NCBI GenBank assembly: GCA_963754385.1
Contig: CAVWGE010000001.1
Location: forward strand, 441,633 to 505,632
Direction: 5' to 3'
Source: an uncultured Chloroflexia bacterium
GTDB taxonomy: Bacteria > Chloroflexota > Dehalococcoidia > GIF9 > UBA5629
Length of the DNA: 64,000 nucleotides
Below the pieces are notes generated by a model, which did not search any database, had not been told where the DNA came from, and worked only from the letters and a program-made list of their open reading frames with translations. A program made the position numbers and the translations under genes. Below, one piece after another: positions 37,476-45,982 of the stretch. Within the stretch, counting starts at the first letter, position 1; each line of letters starts with the position of its first letter.

Positions 37476-38650
37476 TATTCCCTTACTCCAATCATTTCAA
37501 TCTCGCCGAGTTTCCCCTTCTTTGCCTTGTCTAATCCACGATGAATCAGTTCCTCGAAGGCTTCGGCAGAAATCTCTCTACCGCCCAGGCTGCCTACAAA
37601 GCTGACCACTTTTGGCCTAGCTCTTAATGGATAGAGTGCTGCCTGGATTTCAGAACAGACTGGAGCTGAGCCACCAAAAGACATGGCGCGGTCGAGGACG
37701 ATGAGTACCTTAGCTTTGCTTACAGCCTTGCGGAGTTCGTCAAATGGGAAAGGACGCCATAAACGCAATCTTATCAGGCCGACATTTTGACCTTCCGCTT
37801 GCATCTTATCTATAGTCATCATTGCTGTTTCGCTGAAGCTCCCCATACACATTAATAAGGTGTCGGCACCTTCTGTTTTGTAGCTTTCTACCGGTGAATA
37901 GTGGCGACCTGAAATCTCACCGAACTCCTGCCAGGTCTGAAGAATCACTTTTTGGGAAGCTTTTAAGGCGACTTCTTGGGCCTTTTTAGCCTCGGTGTAG
38001 ATGAAGGGAGGGCCGAAGGCACCCATGGTTACTGGCTTGTCTGGGTTGAGGGGATAAGGGTGGCAATATTCAGGAAGAAATTTATCTACCACAGCTTGCT
38101 CTAGAAATTCGACAGATTCGATTGTGTGTGAAATGTAAAATCCATCGATGTGGACTATTGCCGGGAGCATGACGCTTGAGTCTTCAGCAATACGGAAAGC
38201 ACACAATGTCAAATCAAAGGCTTGTTGCGCGTTTTCTGCGAATATCTGTATCCAGCCACAATCGCGGATTGCCATTGCATCAGAATGGTCTGTCCAGATG
38301 CTTAAGGGAGCAGAAAGTGCCCTGTTAGCCACCGTCATAACTATCGGCAGGCGCAGCGATGCGGCAACATAGAGTACCTCGTGCATGAGTTCCAACCCCT
38401 GACTGGCGGTAGCGGTGTAAGTCCTGGCACCTACGGCTGAAGTGCCCAGACAAGCGCTCATAGCTGAATGCTCTGATTCTACTGGTATATATTCGGCATC
38501 TAACTCACCGTTAGCTACAAACTCAGCTAGTCGCTCGACAATGTGAGTCTGAGGTGTAATGGGATAGGCAGCTACAGCTTCGATGCGGGCCAGTTTGGCA
38601 GCCTCAGCTATGGCAAAGGAACCTTCTATACCTATTCGTTTTTCTGCCAT
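37475..38650 (-). CDS. porA: 2-oxoacid:ferredoxin oxidoreductase, alpha subunit
   Basis: 391 aa. [25 protein letters not shown]. Confidence 0.8.
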   Translation of the reverse strand: MAEKRIGIEGSFAIAEAAKLARIEAVAAYPITPQTHIVERLAEFVANGELDAEYIPVESEHSAMSACLGTSAVGARTYTATASQGLELMHEVLYVAASLRLPIVMTVANRALSAPLSIWTDHSDAMAIRDCGWIQIFAENAQQAFDLTLCAFRIAEDSSVMLPAIVHIDGFYISHTIESVEFLEQAVVDKFLPEYCHPYPLNPDKPVTMGAFGPPFIYTEAKKAQEVALKASQKVILQTWQEFGEISGRHYSPVESYKTEGADTLLMCMGSFSETAMMTIDKMQAEGQNVGLIRLRLWRPFPFDELRKAVSKAKVLIVLDRAMSFGGSAPVCSEIQAALYPLRARPKVVSFVGSLGGREISAEAFEELIHRGLDKAKKGKLGEIEMIGVRE

Positions 38651-38652
38651 CT

Positions 38653-39540
38653 TTATCCTTCCTCAACCATCTTTATAGCTTCTGTCCAGCACTCGCGGGC
38701 GCAAATGCCGCATCCCTTGCAATAAAACAAGTTGGCGTCAAAGTAACCGTCTTCTCTCTCTCTAATGCATCCTTCTGGGCAAAAGAGATAACAAATTCCA
38801 CACTTGATGCATTTCTCATGATTCCATACAGGGCGCTCTGATCTCCAGTCCCCGGTGTTATATTGCTTAGCGCTTCCCGCTTCAATAACAACACAGCCAG
38901 GCAGCAGTTCTCGCCATGAGGGCAATACTTCTGCTTGAAATACCTGGCGTGGTTTCTGAACGATACCGCTGGGCTCGGCAATTTCAGTTTCTTCATAGGC
39001 TCTGTGACAAGCATCGATATTACCCTTAGCTCTGGCACCAAAACGCTCCTTTAGATGCTCTGTCAGAGATTCTAGCTCGATTATACCTGTAGCCTTTACC
39101 AGCGCTCCAAGCATAGTTGTATTGACAATTGGAACCCCGATCATCTCACGGGCAATTGAAGTTGCATTGACTACTGCCAGTCTCCATGGGCCGCTTAATT
39201 CTGATTTTATGTCAACTAATGCCTTCGGCGTATTTATTACCAGCGTACCATCTTTCTTAAGACCTGAGGTGACGTCGGTAATAGAAAGTAAGCCTGGGTC
39301 CAGGATTACAACAATATCTGGATTTGTTACTGCGACTCTGGCTCGGATCGGGCTGACATTGCTTATACGGTTGAAAACAAGCACCGGTGCTCCCCTTCTT
39401 TCCGGACCAAAGCTGGGGAACGCCTGAGCAAATTTCCCTTCCTCGATAGCTGCTGTTGCCAGCAATTCAGCTGATGTTACTGCTCCTTGCCCACCTCTAC
39501 CGTGCCAGCGAATCTCGATTATATCGTCTTTTACTTTCAA
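38653..39540 (-). CDS. 2-oxoacid:ferredoxin oxidoreductase, fused gamma-delta subunit
   Basis: 295 aa. Gamma part HGRGGQGAVT. The delta part carries two ferredoxin motifs, CIKCGICYLFCPEGCI and CKGCGICARECWTEAI. Confidence 0.8.
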   Translation of the reverse strand: MKVKDDIIEIRWHGRGGQGAVTSAELLATAAIEEGKFAQAFPSFGPERRGAPVLVFNRISNVSPIRARVAVTNPDIVVILDPGLLSITDVTSGLKKDGTLVINTPKALVDIKSELSGPWRLAVVNATSIAREMIGVPIVNTTMLGALVKATGIIELESLTEHLKERFGARAKGNIDACHRAYEETEIAEPSGIVQKPRQVFQAEVLPSWRELLPGCVVIEAGSAKQYNTGDWRSERPVWNHEKCIKCGICYLFCPEGCIREREDGYFDANLFYCKGCGICARECWTEAIKMVEEG

Positions 39541-39560
39541 CTTGTTATATTTCCTCGAAG

Positions 39561-39632
39561 CGCCCCTGGAGGGACTTGAACCCTCGCACCCGGCTCCGGA
39601 GGCCGGTGCTCTATCCCCTGAGCTACAGGGGC
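39561..39632 (-). tRNA. tRNA-Arg (anticodon CCG), CCA not encoded
   Basis: Minus strand: GCCCCTG-TA-GCTC-AGGGGATA-GAGC-A-CCGGC-CTCCGGA-GCCGG-GTGCG-AGGGT...TTCAAGT...CAGGGGC-G. Lies 20 nt upstream of the POR operon start. Confidence 0.9.
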
Positions 39633-39692
39633 TTTGGTAATTTTACCTATTTTTGTTTTATTTGACAAACTTACCGAAGGCAAACTAAAGGG

Positions 39693-40967
39693 TCATTCAT
39701 CTTCCATGACCGGTTTTGATTGCTTCTTGAAAAATGGCTTGAGTATTGTCGGCGTTATGAGTGTTGTAACCACACTGACCGCAACTGCGGCACCAAATAG
39801 GTCTCGACTTATAGCTCCAGCCAAGAGTCCTGCGCCAGCAATTATCAAACCTACCTCTCCTCTCGGCACCATCCCTATACCGACTATCATGCTCTCGGTA
39901 TGGGACATTTTGCCAGCAAATCGAGCCGGGATATAACAACCAATAGCCTTCCCCAGCACAGCCACCACTATCAGGACAATTGCTATTATAGCTCCACTCC
40001 AGAGCAGTCGCATGTCGACTTGCATGCCCAGGTAACAGAAGAAAAAAGGCGCCAGAAAGAGCATTATCGGTCTGGTTTTATCCAAAATGTCCTCTCTTTC
40101 ACCAGTGGCTGCGAACATAAGTCCGGCTACATAAGCGCCGACCACGGGATGCAATCCAACCAACGTAAGCAGGTAAGCTATGATAAAGCCGATGATAAGT
40201 GCAAAAATGGGTATTGTCCCCGATTTTCTGAATGGATTTAGAAGAAACCGCGATATATATTTGTTGAACCTGACGCCGATAATTAGTAGAGCAAACCAAA
40301 CAGCGAAGCCGATGGCGCCGATTTTTAGGGCATCTAGACAAACATGGGCTACATTTATCTCTCCGCCAAATTTTGCTGCAGAGCCTATGCCAACGACAAT
40401 TGATAGAATAACTATGCCGATTATATCGTCAATCACGGCGCCGACCAGTATGATAGTCCCTGCCTGTGTCTGGAGCTTGCCCATCTCCATCAGTATCCTC
40501 ACTGTAAGTCCAATGCTGGTAGCTGTCAGAACAGCTCCCATGAACAGCCAGCCGGCTATTCCCATTTCAGGAGCCAGCCACATCGTGATGAAATATCCGA
40601 AGACAAAGGGAAGGATAACTCCACCCACAGCTACCAGAGTGCCGCTTTTTCCCTGTTTTAAAAAAGCCCCGACATTAGTTTCGACACCAGCAACAAAAAG
40701 CAGTACAACGACGGCGATTTCTGAGACAACCTCCATTACGTTGAACTCGTGGAGCCCGAAAGCGCCTTGAATAGTGGCAAAATGCAGGATTATCGGGTCG
40801 TGAATAAGGCCTCCTAAGGCGAATGGGGAAATAATAATTCCAGCCACCAGTTCACCTAAAACCGGTGGCTGTTTCAGATAGCGCTCGAATAACTCGCCGC
40901 CTATCCTGGCTGCCAGCAGAATCAAGCCAAAGGTCAGTATGAATTTAAAATATATCTCGATTTCCAT
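39693..40967 (-). CDS. Monovalent cation:proton antiporter (CPA2/Kef-NapA type Na+/H+ exchanger family)
   Basis: 424 aa, about 12 predicted TM segments. ARIGGELFERYLKQPPVLGELVAGIIISP N-terminus is typical of the family. Confidence 0.8.
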   Translation of the reverse strand: MEIEIYFKFILTFGLILLAARIGGELFERYLKQPPVLGELVAGIIISPFALGGLIHDPIILHFATIQGAFGLHEFNVMEVVSEIAVVVLLFVAGVETNVGAFLKQGKSGTLVAVGGVILPFVFGYFITMWLAPEMGIAGWLFMGAVLTATSIGLTVRILMEMGKLQTQAGTIILVGAVIDDIIGIVILSIVVGIGSAAKFGGEINVAHVCLDALKIGAIGFAVWFALLIIGVRFNKYISRFLLNPFRKSGTIPIFALIIGFIIAYLLTLVGLHPVVGAYVAGLMFAATGEREDILDKTRPIMLFLAPFFFCYLGMQVDMRLLWSGAIIAIVLIVVAVLGKAIGCYIPARFAGKMSHTESMIVGIGMVPRGEVGLIIAGAGLLAGAISRDLFGAAVAVSVVTTLITPTILKPFFKKQSKPVMEDE

Positions 40968-41217
40968 CTATGAAAGCCACCTAGTCAAAGGCACAAATCA
41001 TGTAATGTCTACCACCTCTGGATTATAGGCGAGAATGAACTCAACTGATTATAAGGACTGTTATCGTGGATGGTCAAGTGTCAACCGGTGGGCTCTGGAG
41101 CCAAGGCTTTGGGTCTTAACCTTGACCTAATGAGCTTGTAGATTTCGGCGGCAATGAAAATAGTCGAGGCTGAGAGTATGGCTATTATCCAGTCTGTTAG
41201 ACCTATGGATCAAGCTT

Positions 41218-42369
41218 CTAGGAGAGCGGAGCTATGCCCATACCTGCCATAATTGCCAGCATTACTGCTGCTGCCATAACCGAACCTATCTGACCACCGG
41301 TATTAGCACCTACTGCATGAAATAACAAAAAGGTCCTTGGATTTGCTTTTTGACCTTCTTTTTGTACTACTCTTGCCGACATTGGGAAAGCAGAGGTGCC
41401 AGCCGCACCGAGTAAAGGATTTATTTTCCCCTTGGTTATTACGTACATTAACTTACCAAGTAAAACTCCAGCCACGGTATCAAGCGAAATTGCTATCAAT
41501 CCCAGAATAAACACAAGTATAGTTTGCCAGCGAAGGAAATTGCCACCTATCATGGAGGCGCCGATACAAAGTCCCAAGAGAAGGGTTACTATGTTGGACA
41601 TGGCGTTTTCAGAAACATCGGTGAGCCTTTTAACTACACCAGATTCCCTGAGAAAATTTCCTAGCATCAGCATACCCATTAATGGTGCCCCCATCGGTGC
41701 TATAAGTATAGTGAGTATACCAGTCACTACCGGGAAAAGAATCTTAACCCTTTGCGAAACCTTTTTCTCCCCATATTCCATTACTACCCTACGTTCTTTC
41801 TTGGTGGTTAAGGCTCTCATAATGGGAGGCTGAATGATCGGCACTAGCGACATATAGGAGTAAGCCGCAACGGATATTGCAGGCAATAATTCACGTGCAT
41901 ACTTGGTGGCCACATATATAGCGGTAGGACCATCGCAGGCTCCTATTATTGATATCGAAACAGCTTCCTGGGGAACGAATCCTAGAGAGAGGGCTAAAAG
42001 AAGGGTCAGGAATATACCAAATTGCCCAGCCGCCCCGAAGAGGAGAACGGTAGGATTTGCCAGCATGGGACCGAAATCGATCATGGCGCCAAGACCGAGG
42101 AAAAGGAGAACCGGGAATAACTCAGTAAGTATGCCAGATGTATAGAGTAGGTTTATTACACCACCCTCATCCTGTGCTGATAATCCCGCCAGAGGAAGAT
42201 TCCCCAGGATTATACCAAAACCAATAGGCAGTAACAGTAGAGGTTCAAAGCCTTTGGCGACGCCAAGGTAGAGAAGAGCCAAGCCCAGCAGGGTCATTAT
42301 GCCAGTTTGCCAAGTTAGGTTAGCAAAACCCTGTACCAAGCTAGACAGGGCTGAAACTAAAACATCCAT
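41218..42369 (-). CDS. Na+-translocating decarboxylase, beta subunit (OadB/GcdB/MmdB family)
   Basis: 383 aa polytopic protein. LLLPIGFGIILGNLP, LFLGLGAMIDFGPMLANP, GAAGTSAFPMSARV. Confidence 0.85.
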   Translation of the reverse strand: MDVLVSALSSLVQGFANLTWQTGIMTLLGLALLYLGVAKGFEPLLLLPIGFGIILGNLPLAGLSAQDEGGVINLLYTSGILTELFPVLLFLGLGAMIDFGPMLANPTVLLFGAAGQFGIFLTLLLALSLGFVPQEAVSISIIGACDGPTAIYVATKYARELLPAISVAAYSYMSLVPIIQPPIMRALTTKKERRVVMEYGEKKVSQRVKILFPVVTGILTILIAPMGAPLMGMLMLGNFLRESGVVKRLTDVSENAMSNIVTLLLGLCIGASMIGGNFLRWQTILVFILGLIAISLDTVAGVLLGKLMYVITKGKINPLLGAAGTSAFPMSARVVQKEGQKANPRTFLLFHAVGANTGGQIGSVMAAAVMLAIMAGMGIAPLS

Positions 42370-42409
42370 GGAGACCCCCTTTGTTGATATATTTCAGTGC
42401 CACTCCAGT

Positions 42410-42553
42410 CTAGTCCTTGCTTTTCTCCGCTTCCTCTTTGAAAGGAAACAACCTGATTAAGAGGCGAATAACTAGCGTCAACAAATACAGCGTAATAAAG
42501 GTGACACCCATACCCATCACGGTCATTGTCAAACCAAACGCTAAATTCTGCAT
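42410..42553 (-). CDS. Small single-TM protein, OadG-like gamma subunit candidate (47 aa)
   Basis: Not in the ORF track. Minus-strand ATG at 42553-42551 is preceded by GGAGGGGAAAGGAGCA. MQNLAFGLTMTVMGMGVTFITLYLLTLVIRLLIRLFPFKEEAEKSKD. Lies immediately upstream of the beta subunit. Confidence 0.55.
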   Translation of the reverse strand: MQNLAFGLTMTVMGMGVTFITLYLLTLVIRLLIRLFPFKEEAEKSKD

Positions 42554-42619
42554 TGCTCCTTTCCCCTCCTTCTTGATTGAATTCCAGCAGGCTTTTCAGT
42601 TCGGGTATAAAAGGAAAGA

Positions 42620-43420
42620 TTACATTTTACTTTCAGTCTCTTTTGTGTCATGGTTCTTTACCGGCTTTACTTTTATAGGTGTAGACGGGTTATTCGCTGG
42701 CCCCGTCACATTTCCAGCAGCTAATGACTTTGCTTTCCGCTGGTTAATCCAGACAAAGAGAGCAGGGACAGCGAGCCCAATCAATATAGATACAGTTAAA
42801 ATGATAACTGTCGGTACTGGGAATTTAGACTCAATTAACCTGTCTTCAAATATCATTCTGGTTCCGGTAAAACTGATAACCGCAGCACCTAAATAGACCA
42901 GCCACTTAAATTTGTCAATTAGCAGTGATATCGCTCCACCAGTAGTCATGAGCAGTGGCATGCTTAGGAGCAGCCCGGCGATAAGCAGCACAATGTGGCC
43001 ATGGGCTGTCCCAGCTACCGCAATTACATTATCTAGGCTCATCATAAAGTCAGCAGTCAGAATTAAAATTATGGCCTGGCGAAAGTTCTGAGCTTCCTTT
43101 GCTTCCCTCTCTTCTTCAGTTCCACCAACATCTGTCTTCAAAAGCCTCCATGCTACCCAAAAGAGTACACAACCACCTACAGCTGAGAGCAGTGGTATCT
43201 GCATCAACAAAGTGGCAATTGTGGTTAGAATTATGCGTAGTAGTATGGCTAATCCGCCTCCTATTATGATTGCCCATTTTCTCCTTTGTCTGGGAAGAGA
43301 GGCGGCTGCCATACCTATAACAATGGCGTTATCCCCACTCAGGGCTAAGTCAATAAGAGTGATGGATAGGAAGCGGACTACAAAGTCCCAGCTCCAACTG
43401 AAATCTATCGGGCCTGGCAT
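42620..43420 (-). CDS. TerC/YjbE-family integral membrane protein
   Basis: 266 aa. LALSGDNAIVIGMAA and MSLDNVIAVAG duplicated motifs. Confidence 0.85.
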   Translation of the reverse strand: MPGPIDFSWSWDFVVRFLSITLIDLALSGDNAIVIGMAAASLPRQRRKWAIIIGGGLAILLRIILTTIATLLMQIPLLSAVGGCVLFWVAWRLLKTDVGGTEEEREAKEAQNFRQAIILILTADFMMSLDNVIAVAGTAHGHIVLLIAGLLLSMPLLMTTGGAISLLIDKFKWLVYLGAAVISFTGTRMIFEDRLIESKFPVPTVIILTVSILIGLAVPALFVWINQRKAKSLAAGNVTGPANNPSTPIKVKPVKNHDTKETESKM

Positions 43421-43499
43421 TATATCTTCTTCTTGATATATGATTGCTGGTTATCGTCAAAATCCATACTTTTACTGCAAAATTCAGGGATAGGAATTT

Positions 43500-44375
43500 T
43501 TACTGCTCACCGTGTGCTCGAATCAATAAAACCGGCACCTCTGAAACATGTACTACCTTGTCTGCTACGCTACCCAGAACAAATCGCCCCACACCGGTCC
43601 GACCATGCGTTGACATGGCAATTAAGTCTATGTCATTTTCCTTAGCATAATCAAGGATGGTATCTGCAGGCATACCTGTAATTAAATCATATTTGAAGTC
43701 TAACTTTTCTCTCTCTAATTCGGCAGCCACACTGGTAATATATTCGCGGCCTTGTTTCCGCAGTATCTCGATAAGCTGCTCCTCAAAACTAATAGCATAA
43801 TGCGAGACTCCGGTGAGTTTATCGGGGGATAAGATTACATGTAGCAAGAATAGTTTGGCCTTTGTCCTCCTCACTAATTCTTTAGCCCATGGCAACACCG
43901 CTTCACCCAGTGTTGAGCCATCCAGAGGAACTAATATTCTTCTGAAAATCAGTTTTTCTGTCGATTTTGCTTCATGCCGCTTTTCTGAAACAAGTAAAAG
44001 TGGCTTGGTTGCCCCCCTTAGAACTTTTTCGGCCACACTACCTAAAATCCACCGGCTGATACCAGAACGGCCATGAGTAGCCATCCCTATCAAACTTGTC
44101 TCGCTGTTATTGGCATAGTTAAGAATTTCCTCTGCAGTGTTTCCATGGAGAAAAACTATTTTCGATTGCAATCCCTTACTGTTCAATTGATTAACTACAT
44201 CATTTAAATAGTTCTTGAAAAGACGTTCAGAAGTGTGCTCGTGTTCGGAGTAGACACCTACAATATCCAACTTAGAATGAAGCCTTCGAGCTAGTTCTTC
44301 ACCATATGGCAAAACCATTTCCGAATCTTCGGAGCCATCTAAGGAAATAAGGACTTTCTCATACATTTCGGCCAT
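43500..44375 (-). CDS. Tandem-domain universal stress protein (UspA family)
   Basis: 291 aa. Two USP repeats, each ending in G(M/A)THGRSG.../GSVA(E/D)KV...P(L/V)LL(V/I). Confidence 0.85.
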   Translation of the reverse strand: MAEMYEKVLISLDGSEDSEMVLPYGEELARRLHSKLDIVGVYSEHEHTSERLFKNYLNDVVNQLNSKGLQSKIVFLHGNTAEEILNYANNSETSLIGMATHGRSGISRWILGSVAEKVLRGATKPLLLVSEKRHEAKSTEKLIFRRILVPLDGSTLGEAVLPWAKELVRRTKAKLFLLHVILSPDKLTGVSHYAISFEEQLIEILRKQGREYITSVAAELEREKLDFKYDLITGMPADTILDYAKENDIDLIAMSTHGRTGVGRFVLGSVADKVVHVSEVPVLLIRAHGEQ

Positions 44376-44547
44376 TCTTAATCTCTATTCAACTCCCTGA
44401 CCCTTTTCAGTTTCTGTATCTCAGATTTTGGCACACGATTCGTCTCGAAATGACACCCCCTGCATTTCCAAAACAGAGATTATATCATAGGATATTCTTG
44501 TTGTAAATGCGGACTTCAGGCCGTGGTAAAGCCACACAGTTATAATT

Positions 44548-44575
44548 TTGCCTTCGAATGCAGGAGTTGTATAAT
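44548..44575 (+). promoter_or_regulatory. Candidate promoter of the tandem tRNA-Ser genes
   Basis: TTGCCT (44548-44553), 16-nt spacer, TATAAT (44570-44575). The tRNA starts at 44590. Confidence 0.45.
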
Positions 44576-44589
44576 GTCTCAACAGGTAC

Positions 44590-44676
44590 GGAGAGGTGTC
44601 CGAGTGGTTTATGGTGCCGCTCTCGAAAAGCGGTGGGCGATGAGCCTCGTGGGTTCGAATCCCACCCTCTCCGCCA
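44590..44676 (+). tRNA. tRNA-Ser (anticodon CGA), CCA encoded
   Basis: GGAGAGG acceptor, anticodon stem-loop CCGCT-CTCGAAA-AGCGG, long variable arm, T-arm GTGGG-TTCGAAT-CCCAC, 3' GCCA. Confidence 0.9.
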
Positions 44677-44682
44677 GGCTCT

Positions 44683-44771
<89 letters not shown>

Positions 44772-44852
44772 TTTTAAACATCTACATTTTTCACCATTAG
44801 CTCAATCATTTTTGTTTGACCTTTCTGCCTATGCTACAATGTTTCAACTCAG

Positions 44853-45974
44853 ATGGCGAGTGCAGATGAGCTGAAATATTGGGTAGGCTTCTCCAAGATG
44901 CCTGGCGTAGGTCGGGTGAAAATCTCCCAGCTATTGGAGCACTTCACCACCATGGAGCATGCCTGGAAAGCCTCGGCTGGCGAGCTGAAAAAAGCTGGGC
45001 TTGATTCAAAAACTGTTGATACTGTCGTGAATTTGAGGCCCAGGATTTCTTTAGATGCCGAAATCGACGGATTGAAGCAGCATAAAGTGAAAGTTCTCAC
45101 CTGTGATTCACCTGCTTACCCCCAGAGGCTGAAGGAAATTTATGATTATCCACCGGTGCTTTATGTCAGGGGCAACTTATTGCCCGAAGATGAATGTTGT
45201 ATAGCTGTAGTCGGTACCCGTCGGGCTACCGTCTACGGGCGACAAGTCACTGAGGAGATTGTGAGCGACCTGGCTCGAAATAAAATCACTATTGTCAGTG
45301 GTCTGGCTAAAGGCATTGACTCTATAGCTCATCGTGCTGCGATTGAAGCCGGCGGCAGGACTATTGCTGTCTTCGCTTGCGGACTTGATATCGTTTACCC
45401 GGCGGAGAATGCCAAGCTGGCTCGTGAGGTTATGGAGCATGGTGCTTTGCTAAGCGAATATCCTTTGGGTACTCGACCTAAAGCTGATAATTTTCCCAGG
45501 CGCAACCGGATTATGAGTGGGGTGAGCCTTGGTGTTTTGGTAGTGGAGGCCGGTGAAAGCAGCGGAGCCTTAATTACGGCTAATCAAGCGGTGGAGCAGA
45601 ACCGAGAGGTCTTCGCCATCCCGGGCAGTATTCTATCTCCAGCCAGCAGAGGGACGAATCACCTTATTCAGGAGGGGGCAAAACTGGTACGGAACTATGT
45701 CGACGTTCTAGAGGAGTTGAATTTAGCTATAATGGCACAACAACTGGAGATGAAGGAGCTTCTGCCTGCCGATGAAACTGAATCATTGTTGCTGAAACAA
45801 TTAAGCCATGAGCCGACTCATATTGATGAACTCTGCCGCAATAGCGGCTTAGAGGCGGCTCTGGTTAGCAGCACTCTAACTATGATGGAGCTTAAAGGGA
45901 TGGTGAAGCATGTCGGCGGCATGAACTATGCGCTGCTCAAAGAAATGAAAGAGGAATATCAAACGGCAAGGTAA
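44853..45974 (+). CDS. dprA: DNA-processing protein DprA/Smf
   Basis: 373 aa. VVGTRRATVYG, SGLAKGIDSIAHRAAIEAGGRTIAV, FPRRNRIMSG. Confidence 0.9.
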   Translation: MASADELKYWVGFSKMPGVGRVKISQLLEHFTTMEHAWKASAGELKKAGLDSKTVDTVVNLRPRISLDAEIDGLKQHKVKVLTCDSPAYPQRLKEIYDYPPVLYVRGNLLPEDECCIAVVGTRRATVYGRQVTEEIVSDLARNKITIVSGLAKGIDSIAHRAAIEAGGRTIAVFACGLDIVYPAENAKLAREVMEHGALLSEYPLGTRPKADNFPRRNRIMSGVSLGVLVVEAGESSGALITANQAVEQNREVFAIPGSILSPASRGTNHLIQEGAKLVRNYVDVLEELNLAIMAQQLEMKELLPADETESLLLKQLSHEPTHIDELCRNSGLEAALVSSTLTMMELKGMVKHVGGMNYALLKEMKEEYQTAR

Positions 45975-45982
45975 TTATAGCA

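Noticed and set aside
41081-41206. 41-aa hydrophobic peptide frame (..DWIIAILSASTIFIAAEIYKLIRSRLRPK..) directly downstream of the OadB-like gene
   Set aside because: It looks like a small TM protein, but there is no ATG, GTG or TTG in the open frame (only ATA) and no RBS. I cannot support it as a gene. It might be worth revisiting if AUA initiation is confirmed for tgt.
42417-42896. 159-aa plus-strand ORF
   Set aside because: It is antisense to the TerC gene and to the OadG-like ORF. It has low-complexity composition and no RBS. Many other track ORFs that lie antisense inside well-supported genes were dismissed for the same reason, for example 5251-5799, 6846-7256, 34500-34883, 40180-40770 and 46616-47104.
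43421-43499. Possible yybP-ykoY (Mn2+) riboswitch upstream of TerC
   Set aside because: The intergenic space is only 79 nt and I could not find the conserved GGGGAGUAG-type core on the minus strand.
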